From Bugula neritina (lineage: Eukaryota; Animalia; Bryozoa): DNA of 64,000 bases. Both the position numbers and the translations under genes were made by a program. Location: positions 35,550,080 through 35,614,079 of the forward strand of contig OZ037765.1 of the NCBI GenBank assembly GCA_964035545.1. Reading direction: 5' to 3'. Below the pieces are notes generated by a model, which ran no database searches, was not told where the DNA came from, and worked only from the letters and a program-made list of their open reading frames with translations. Positions 46,913-58,900 of the stretch are shown piece by piece (positions within the stretch are counted from its first letter, which is position 1; every line of letters starts with the position of its first letter).

Positions 46913-49900
46913 TTATGAAAGTCTGATGGATGCCCACTCCAAGAACCGGAGCAAATCTTTGACGGGAACATTTCTAGTGTGAGCCTTTAGTCTTAGATTT
47001 CTATCGTCAGTGAGCAAAACAACATCTCTGAATAGCAGGAGAGAGTTATCTGCAGAAAACATATAGCTATCTGCAGAAGACATATATTTATCTGCAGAAT
47101 ACATATGGTTATCTGCAGAATACATATATTTATCTGCAGAATACATATGGTTATCTGCAGAATACATATATTTATCTGCAGAATACATATATTTATCTGC
47201 AGAATACTTAGAATTATCTGCAGAAGACATATAGTTATCTGCAGAAGACATATAGTTATCTGCAGAATACATATAGCTATCTGCAGAATACATATAGTTA
47301 CAGAGAGGGGATGACAACTGACCGCTGTTTCTAGGCATGTAGTCCCTGGCGTTGTCCTTACAGTAGTGTAAACAGCAGGAGAGTATTCTGTCATCATTGT
47401 TACCCTGCATGGAGAATAGAAAGAACTCATGTGTTAGTGTGATGATTATACAATGCTTCCATAGGAAAATCATTTAGCTACTAGTTTACAGAAATATACA
47501 AAAATTACAGGAGAAAAGGGTATATTATAAACTACTTATGAAGTAGATAAGTAAGAAGACAGTGGGTAGAAGGGTAGAAGGGTAGAAGGAGAGAGGGTAG
47601 AGTAGAGGGAGTAGAGTAGAGAGAGTAGAGTAGAGAGAGTAGAGAAAGGGTAGAGAGGGTAGAGTAGAGAGAGTAGAGAAAGGGTAGAGAGGGTAGAGTA
47701 GAGAGAGTAGAGAAAGGGTAGAGAGGGTAGAGTAGAGAGAGTAGAGAAAGGGTAGAGAGGGTAGAGTAGAGAGAGTAGAGTAGAGAAAGGGTAAAGAGAG
47801 AGGGTAGAGTAGAGAGAGTAGAGAAAGAGTAGAGAGGGTAGAGAAAGAGTAGAGAGGGTAGAGAGGGTAGAGTAGAGAGAGTAGAGAAAGAGTAAAGAGA
47901 GAGGGTAGAGAGAGTAGAGAAAGAGTAGAGAGGGTATAGTAGAAGATAGAGAGGGGACAGGGAGGGGGCAGAGAGGGTATAGTAGAGGATAGAGAGGGGA
48001 CAGGGAGGGGGCAGAGAGGAGTAACTAACCCCGGGAGAAGTATCCTGTTCACTTCTATAGGTTATCGTATGCATCTCAGTGCCGGTGGCAGTCAGCGCCT
48101 TCAACCTCCGATTACGACTGTCAAACTGCGACTCGAGAAACTCAACAGCATCAGAAGCAGCACGAGCCACATTCCCAGAATGCTCTAGCGAGTGTGAAGT
48201 AGTCGACTGAGAGGAGGGAGTGAGAGCGGAGCCACGGGCCAAACCATCCAACTCATTGATAACTACATGTTAGTAATATTGATACTAAATACTAGTAATA
48301 TTAGTACTAAATACTAGTAATATTGATACTAAATACTAGTAATATTGATACTAAATACTAGTAATATTGATACTAAATACTAGTAATATTGATACTAAAT
48401 ACTAGTAATATTAATACTAAATACTAGTAATATTGATACTAAATACTAGTAATATTGATACTAAATACTAGTAATATTGATACTAAATACTAGTAATATT
48501 GATACTAAATACTAGTAATATTGATACTAAATACTAGTAATATTGATACTAAATACTAGTAATATTAATACTAAATACTAGTAATTATAATACTAAATAC
48601 TAGTAATATTGATACTAAATACTAGTAATATTGATACTAAATACTAGTAATATTAATACTAAATACTAGTAATATTGATACTGAATACTAGTAATAGTAA
48701 TACTAAATACTAGTAATATTGATACTAAATACTAGTAATACTGATACTAAGTACTAGTAATATTGATACTAAATACTAGTAATATTGATACTAAATACTA
48801 GTAATAGTAATACTAAATACTAGTAATATTGATACTAAATACTAGTAATATTGATACTAAATACTAGTAATATTGATACTAAATACTAGTAATATTGATA
48901 CTAAATACTAGTAATATTGATACTAAATACTAGTAATATTGATACTAAATACTAGTAATATTAATACTAAATACTAGTAATACTGATACTAAATACTAGT
49001 AATATTAATACTAAATACTAGTAATATTGATACTAAATACTAGTAATATTAATACTAAATACTAGTAATATTAATACTGAATACTAGTAATATTAATACT
49101 AAATACTAGTAATATTGATACTAAATACTAGTAATACTGATACTAAGTACTAGTGATATTGATACTAAATACTAGTAATATTAATACTAAATACTAGTAA
49201 TATTAACACTAAATACTAGTAATATCAATACTAAATACTAGTAATATTGATACTAAATACTAGTAATATTGATACTAAATACTAGTAATATCAATACTAA
49301 ATACTAGTAATATTATTACTAAATACTAGTAATATTGATACTAAATACTAGTAATATTGATACTAAATACTAGTAATATTAATACTAAATACTAGTAATA
49401 TTGATACTAAATACTAGTAATATTAATACTAAGTACTAGTAATACTGATACTAAATACTAGTAACATCAATACTAAATCTTAGTAATATTATTACTAAAT
49501 ACTAGTAATATTAATACTAAATACTAGTAATATTGATACTGAATACTAGTAATATTAATACTAAATACTAGTAATATTGATACTAAAAACTAGTAATATT
49601 GATACTAAATACTAGTAATATTATTACTAAATACTAGTAATATTAATACTAAATACTAGTAATATTAAGACTAAATACTAGTAATATTAATACTAAATAC
49701 TAGTAATATTAATACTAAGTACTAGTAATATTGTTAATAAATACTAGTAATATTAATACTAAATACTAGTAATATTATTACTAAATACTAGTAATATTAA
49801 GACTAAATACTAGTAATATTAATACTAAATACTAGTAATATTAATACTAAGTACTAGTAATATTGTTAATAAATACTAGTAATATTAATACTAAATACTA

Positions 49901-52900
49901 GTAATATTATTACTAAATACTAGTAATATTAATACTAAATACTAGTAATATTAATACTAAATACTAGTAATATTAATACTAAATACTAGTAATATTATTA
50001 ATAAATACTAGTAATATTAATACTAAATACTAGTAATATTGATACTAAATACTAGTAATATTGATACGAAATACTAGTAATATTATTACTAAATACTAGT
50101 AATATTATTAATAAATACTAGTAATATTAATACTAAATACTAGTAATATTACCAACTAAATACTAGTAATATTGATACTAAATACTAGTAATATTGATAC
50201 TAAATACTAGTATTATTGATACTGAATACTAGTAATATTAACACTAAATACTATTAATATTGATACTAAATACTAGTAATATTAATACTAAATACTAGTA
50301 ATATTAATACTAAATACTAGTAATATTAATACTAAATACTAGTAATATTGATACTAAATACTAGTAATATTGATACTAAATACTAGTATTATTGATACTG
50401 AATACTAGTAATATTGATACTAAATACTAGTAATATTGATACTAAATACTAGTAATATTGATACTGAATACTAGTAATATTGATACTAAATACTAGTAAT
50501 ATTAATACTAAATACTAGTAATATTGATACTGAATACTAGTAATATTGATACTAAATACTAGTAATATTAATACTAAATACTAGTAATATTGATACTGAA
50601 TACTAGTAATATTGATACTAAATACTAGTAATATTGATACTAAATACTAGTAATATTAAGACTAAATACTAGTAATATTAATACTAAATACTAGTAATAT
50701 TAATACTAAGTACTAGTAATATTGTTAATAAATACTAGTAATATTAATACTAAATACTAGTAATATTATTACTAAATACTAGTAATATTAATACTAAATA
50801 CTAGTAACATCAATACTAAATCTTAGTAATATTATTACTAAATACTAGTAATATTAATACTAAATACTAGTAATATTGATACTAAATACTAGTAATATTG
50901 ATACTAAAAACTAGTAATATTGATACTAAATACTAGTAATATTATTACTAAATACTAGTAATATTAATACTAAATACTAGTAATATTAAGACTAAATACT
51001 AGTATTATTACCAACTAAAGGTACAACAACTGTGAACTTCAGTGAAGTAATGAGAGCTCGCATCTGCTGGGGATATTCAATAAAACAGTTGGTATCAGGA
51101 ATAACAAATATTGGTCGTATCTCGAGTCGCAAAAGTCGATGGGAAGATTCTGTCTTTATAACATTCTATAAACAATGGAGCAATTTAATACAATATAACA
51201 TAATATAGTATATTACAGTATAATATAGTATATTACAGTATAATATAGTATATTACAGTATAATATAGTATGTTACAGTATAATATAGTATATTACAGTA
51301 TAATATAGTATGTTACAGTATAATATAGTATATTACAGTATAATATAGTATGTTACAGTATATTATAGTATATTACAGTATAATATAGTATGTTACAGTA
51401 TAATATAGTATATTACAGTATAATATAGTATATTACAGTATAATATAGTATATTACAGTATAATATAGTATATTACAGTATAATATAGTATGTTACAGTA
51501 TATTATAGTATATTACAGTATAATATAGTATGTTACAGTATAATATAGTATATTACAGTATAATATAGTATATTACAGTATAATATAGTATATTACAGTA
51601 TAATATAGAATGTTACAGTATAATATAGTATGTTGCAGTATAATATAGTATGTTACAGTATAATATAGTATATTACAGTATAATATAGTATATTACAGTA
51701 TAATATAGTATATTACAGTATAATATAGAATGTTACAGTATAATATAGTATATTACAGTATAATATAGTATGTTGCAGTATAATATAGTATATTACAGTA
51801 TAATATAGTATGTTACAGTATAATATAGTATATTACAGTATAATATAGAATATTACAGTATAATATAGTATGTTACAGTATAATATAGTATGTTACAGTA
51901 TAATATAGTATATTACAGTATAATATAGTATGTTACAGTATAATATAGTATATTACAGTATAATATAGTATATTACAGTATAATATAGTATGTTACAGTA
52001 TAATATAGTATATTACAGTATAATATAGTATGTTACAGTATAATATAGTATATTACAGTATAATATAGTATATTACAGTATAATATAGTATATTACAGTA
52101 TAATATAGAATGTTACAGTATAATATAGTATGTTGCAGTATAATATAGTATGTTACAGTATAATATAGTATATTACAGTATAATATAGTATATTACAGTA
52201 TAATATAGTATATTACAGTATAATATAGTATATTACAGTATAATATAGTATGTTACAGTATAATATAGTATATTACAGTATAATATAGTATATTACAGTA
52301 TAATATAGAATGTTACAGTATAATATAGTATGTTGCAGTATAATATAGTATGTTACAGTATAATATAGTATATTACAGTATAATATAGTATATTACAGTA
52401 TAATATAGTATATTACAGTATAATATAGTATATTACAGTATAATATAGTATGTTACAGTATAATATAGTATATTACAGTATAATATAGTATATTACAGTA
52501 TAATATAGTATATTACAGTATAATATAGAATGTTACAGTATAATATAGTATATTACAGTATAATATAGTATGTTGCAGTATAATATAGTATATTACAGTA
52601 TAATATAGTATGTTACAGTATAATATAGTATATTACAGTATAATATAGAATATTACAGTATAATATAGTATGTTACAGTATAATATAGTATGTTACAGTA
52701 TAATATAGTATATTACAGTATAATATAGTATGTTACAGTATAATATAGTATATTACAGTATAATATAGTATATTACAGTATAATATAGTATGTTACAGTA
52801 TAATATAGTATATTACAGTATAATATAGTATGTTACAGTATAATATAGTATATTACAGTATAATATAGTATATTACAGTATAATATAGTATATTACAGTA

Positions 52901-55900
52901 TAATATAGAATGTTACAGTATAATATAGTATGTTGCAGTATAATATAGTATGTTACAGTATAATATAGTATATTACAGTATAATATAGTATATTACAGTA
53001 TAATATAGTATATTACAGTATAATATAGTATATTACAGTATAATATAGTATGTTACAGTATAATATAGTATATTACAGTATAATATAGTATATTACAGTA
53101 TAATATAGTATATTACAGTATAATATAGTATGTTGCAGTATAATATAGTATATTACAGTATAATATAGAATGTTACAGTATATTATAGTATATTACAGTA
53201 TAATATAGTATATTACAGTATAATATAGTATATTACAGTATAATATAGAATGTTACAGTATAATATAGTATGTTGCAGTATAATATAGTATATTACAGTA
53301 TAATATAGTATATTACAGTATAATATAGTATATTACAGTATAATATAGTATATTACAGTATAATATAGTATGTTACAGTATAATATAGTATATTACAGTA
53401 TAATATAGTATATTACAGTATAATATAGTATATTACAGTATAATATAGTATATTACAGTATAATATAGAATGTTACAGTATAATATAGTATGTTGCAGTA
53501 TAATATAGTATGTTACAGTATAATATAGTATATTACAGTATAATATAGTATATTACAGTATAATATAGAATGTTACAGTATAATATAGTATGTTGCAGTA
53601 TAATATAGTATGTTACAGTATATTATAGTATATTACAGTATAATATAGTATGTTACAGTATAATATAGTATGTTACAGTATATAGTAGTACATAGTGAAC
53701 TAGCAGTGAGTATAAAATCCACCTGAAAATGAAAATGCTGCCGTTGCTGCTGAGCCAGCTGCTTGGTGAGGAGTCGTTTCGTCCTTCTGAGTTCAGAAAC
53801 GCCAGACACTCCTTCATCTTCACTTGAGGGGGCGGAGCCGCCATCGCTATGACTACGTGTTTCCTGTTTGGACATAGTGAACTAGAGTATGAGTCTATGA
53901 GAGAGAATACATGTATATATAGTATATATTATATAGTGTATATTATATACTGTATATTATATACTCTCCACATACCTGAATATCGGAGGCATGGGGTAAC
54001 ATGCCACCAGATGTAGGTTGCTGCTCAGACACACTTGGAGGTTCCACTATGGATCTGTACTGAGAGGTGGAGGTGTTAAAGTCTAGCATAGCCGGCTCTA
54101 TTCCACAGAGATAGTCAGCAAACGTCATGATACGAGAAGCTCTGTAGACGAGGGCAGCACCTTCAACCTGTAGTGACGAGACAGCAGACAGCGAGTTGAG
54201 TCATACATGACAGAAGAAGAGACGTGAGCGAATGGGAAGGAGAAATACCAGACCTGCGAGCAGTCGGGACCGTCACGCTTTATGAACACGTTCTCATTGG
54301 CCAGATTCATGAGGGGCAAGAACCCTCTGAGCTGCTCCTCTTCCAGGAAGGTCAGCTGAGTGTAAGGGTTGACCTGAAGAGGAGAGAGTTGAGAGACGGT
54401 GTTATCGTAGTCTGCATCCGAGTAGAACTGGTGCTGAGACAGTCCGGGGATCTGGGAGAGAGCATTCGCCAGCTGAGCCAGAGAGAACCACGGGTCTAGC
54501 ACAGGTCTGCAGTGAACAGAGAGTATGAGAAGTGCTAAGTATATAGAGTAAGAGGTAAGTATATAGAGTAAGAGGTAAGTATATAGAGTAAGAGGTAAGT
54601 ATATAGAGTAAGAGGTAAGTATATAGAGTAAGAGGTAAGTATATAGAGTAAGAGGTAAGTATATAGAGTAAGAGGTAAGTATATAGAGTAAGAGGTAAGT
54701 ATATAGAGTAAGAGGTAAGTATATAGAGTAAGAGGTAAGTATATAGAGTAAGAGGTAAGTATATAGAGTAAGAGGTAAGTATATAGAGTAAGAGGTAAGT
54801 ATATAGAGTAAGAGGTAAGTATATAGAGTAAGAGGTAAGTATATAGAGAAGTGCTAAGTATATAGAGTAAGAGGTAAGTATATAGAGTAAGAGGTAAGTA
54901 TATAGAGTAAGAGGTAAGTATATAGAGTAAGAGGTAAGTATATAGAGTAAGAGGTAAGTATATAGAGTAAGAGGTAAGTATATAGAGTAAGAGGTAAGTA
55001 TATAGAGCAAGAGGTAAGTATATAGAGTAAGAGGTAAGTATATAGAGAAGTGGTAAGTATATAGAGTATGAAAACTGGTTGATATAAGGCGGATTGTGTC
55101 TCACCCAAGGAGTGGATCACGAGGACACGGTGGGGGGTTCCACAAATGAGGGTGACAGGTCATCCAATCAGTGGCCAACTTGACTACCGGGAGAAGCAAG
55201 CTAAGATCATGTGTCAACAGCTGATTGGTGGATCCCTCCCTGAGAGGTTGGTTGACAGAAGAGAGTAGAATGGTACACCTGTTGACTATCACTGTAGTCA
55301 TGTCTATGTAGAGCAGTACAGCTTGCTCCTGGGTGTATGAACGACATTGCTCTTCTGTGTCCAACCCAACGCCTTCAACTACACAGTGAACTATTACATA
55401 GTACACAGTGGCTAAGTAGTACAAGTAGCTAGCAGTACACAGTGGCTAAGTAGTACAAGTAGTTAGCAGTACACAGTGGCTAAGTAGTACAAGTAGCTAG
55501 CAGTACACAGTGGCTAAGTAGTACTAGTAGTTATTAATACTAGTAGTAAGTAGCCCTAGTAGCTAGTAGTTATTAGTACTATTATTTAGATGTGTTAGTA
55601 GTTAGTAATACTAGTACTATTAGTTAGTAGTACTAGTACTATTAGTTAGTAATACTAGTACTATTAGTTAGTAATACTAGTACTATTAGTTAGTAATACT
55701 AGTACCATTAGTTAGTAATACTAGTGCTATTAGTTAGTAATACTAGTACTATTAGTTAGTAATACTAGTACTATTAGTTAGTAATACTAGTACTATTAGT
55801 TAGTAATACTAGTACTATTAGTTAGTAATACTAGTACTATTAGTTAGTAATACTAGTACTATTAGTTAGTAATACTAGTACTATTAGTTAGTAATACTAG

Positions 55901-58900
55901 TACTATTAGTTAATAATACTAGTACTATTAGTTAGTAATACTAGTACTATTAGTTAGTAATACTAGTACTAGTAGTAAAACTCACTGAAGGTGCTGCTGC
56001 TCTGTATGGAAAACATGGCTATAGCAAACATCTGAATCAATTTATTTGTGTCAACAAACGGGATTGGTGAATGGCTGATCAAAGCATCCAATTGATGTAA
56101 AACCTGTGACGAGGCTTCAGGAAAGTGATCCATCCTGTTTCAGAGAGAATAATTATATTCTGATATAATTGTGTGTCAAATGAGAAATCATGTGACTAAT
56201 GAGAACTCGTGTGACCAACGAGACCTCACAGAACAGTGAGTAGAATCATAATCATAAAGAATTTAACTCACCCGACTTTAGAGAATAGAAAACCCTGTGA
56301 AGCTAAGAAGCTGACCATCAATCGTTTATACAACTGAAAACAGAGAAAACACTGGAATGTATAAGATAAGTAGTAGTAGCAGTAGTAGTAGTACTAGCAG
56401 TAGTAGCAGTAGTAGCAGTAGTAGTAGTAGTACTAGTAGTAGTAGTACTAGTAGTAGTAGTAGTAGTAGTACTAGTAGTAGTAGTAGTAGTAGTAGTAGT
56501 AGAAGTAGTACTAGTAGTAGTAGTACTAGTAGTAGTAGTAATAGTAGCAGTAGTAGTAGTAGTACTAGTAGTAGTAGTAATAGTAGAAGCAGTAGCAGCA
56601 GCAGTAGTAGTAGTAGTAGTAGTAATAGTAGTAGTAGTATTAGTAGTACTACTAGTAGTACTACTAGTAGTACTAGTAGTACTACTAGCACTACTATTAG
56701 TACTGGTAGTAGTACTACCTCATTACAGGACATTTTCCGAGGATTATCAACATCCAGTAGGTCATCGACATGATCCGTGGTGCTGGAACCATCAATAGGG
56801 GAAATCCACAGCTCCACCCTTTTGTGGTAGTCATCTTCCCTTCCTCTTGTAAAAGCGGACTGTTTTTTAATGTAAGCCTGTCTCCGCCTCTCAGTCTCGG
56901 CCCTCAACTCTTTGTACTAAGGTCATGTATGAGATGCACATGCAGATATGTTAACGACATAGAAAGGGCTTGTGCTTAGCTAGGTAGTGTGTTGTCCATT
57001 GATACAGGTAGTAATACAGGTAGATAGTAATACAGGTAGATAGTTATACAGGTAGACAGTTATACAGGTAGTTACAGAGGTAAGTATACAGGTGGGTACC
57101 TTCTTGATAATATCATTGTAAATAGCTCTCAGACTCTCTCTGGCAGAGAGGAAGGCATTGCTCGCTGAAATACTTCTCATGAAGTAGAAGACGGTGTCCA
57201 GCTTTCGTTTCTATAGAAAATACACACTTACAGAGTATATATACTAGTGAGAAGTACACACTTACAGAGTATATACACTAGTGAGAAGTAAGTACACACT
57301 TACAGAGTATATATACTAGTGAGAAGTAAGTACACACTTACAGAGTATATATACTAGTGAGAAGTACACACTTACAGAGTATATACACTAGTGAGAAGTA
57401 AGTACACACTTACAGAGTATATATACTAGTGAGAAGTAAGTACATACTTACAGAGTATATACTAGAGAGAAGTAAGTACATACTTACAGAGTATATACAC
57501 TAGAGAGAAGTAAGTACACACTTACAGAGTATATATACTAGTGAGAAGTAAGTACATACTTACAGAGTATATACTAGAGAGAAGTACACACTTACAGAGT
57601 ATATACACTAGTGAGAAGTAAGTACACACTTACAGAGTATATATACTAGTGAGAAGTAAGTACATACTTACAGAGTATATATACTAGTGAGAAGTAAGTA
57701 CATACTTACAGAGTATATACTAGAGAGAAGTAAATACACACTTACAGAGTATATATACTAGTGAGAAGTAAGTACATACTTACAGAGTATATATACTAGT
57801 GAGAAGTAAATACATACTTACAGAGTATATATAATAGTGAGAAGTAAGTACATACTTACAGAGTATATATACTAGTGATAAGTAAATACATACTTACAGA
57901 GTATATATTATACTAGTGAGAAGTAAATACATACTTACAGAGTATATACTAGTGAGAAGTAAGTACATTTTTACAGAGTACTAGTGAGAAGTAAGTACAT
58001 ACTTACAGAGTAGAGTGCAACTAGTGCCAACTGATTATATGGTTTCCCATTCTTTGGTGCCACATGAGAAGCTTGAAGATAGAATCTGAAAAACACAACC
58101 AGTGTCCGATGTGGTGGATATATATTTATAATATCGAACGCTGTGTAATATATTGTCTACATAGATATGATAGAGTGTATTATGATAGAGTGTATCTCGT
58201 ACTTGCGGGCCTTGCCGTAGTCTGGCGAGACTGACACAGATGAAGTCATCTGGGTTCTGTAGCGCGCCACGTCTCCCAGACAGATGAGACACCTCTGAGC
58301 CAGAACAAGAGCCAACTTCTGGTGTCTGGAGCTGACGTGTGGTCGGTGAGGCAGAGAGAAGGAGGAGATGTCAAGGTCATGTTGTCTCTCTAGAGAGGTG
58401 AGTAAACCAGAGTAAGTGTGATCAGCCTCATCAAGGATAGCAGAGACGTGGGCGTGCAGTCTGTCCGCTGACTCCGAGTCAGCTGCTGACAACTGAGAGC
58501 GAATACCCTCGAGGAGCTGATGGTAGACAGACTTCCAGAGAAGAATGTCTACACTATGCTGTACGCTGTACTCTAAGTCGAGGGGCAGAATACCCAGAAT
58601 CTTGTCTCTCACCATCAGCCTCTGCCTCTCTATATGTCCCAGGGTCTCCTGTGTGTACTGCCTAGCAGATATGATAGCGGAGAGCTGACGTTCAAAGGGC
58701 AGTAACTCCTCAATTCTAGAAGCTACTTTAGAAAGTTTGGATGGGGGAGGCATAGCATTGGGAGGAAGCGGGTAATCACATCTGTGGTAGCACTTCTCAG
58801 GTGGTAAATAAGGAGCTTGCTGTACACTGTGTCCATATAGAGAAAAGGATTGAGATGTCCCAGGGAGAGAGTAGGCTGGAAATACAACCTTGAGTTGCTG

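Noticed and set aside
47027-47030. TTCAG as the final SMG6 acceptor
   Set aside because: Phase 2, incompatible with the phase-1 donor at 47323; 47049 restores frame and homology.
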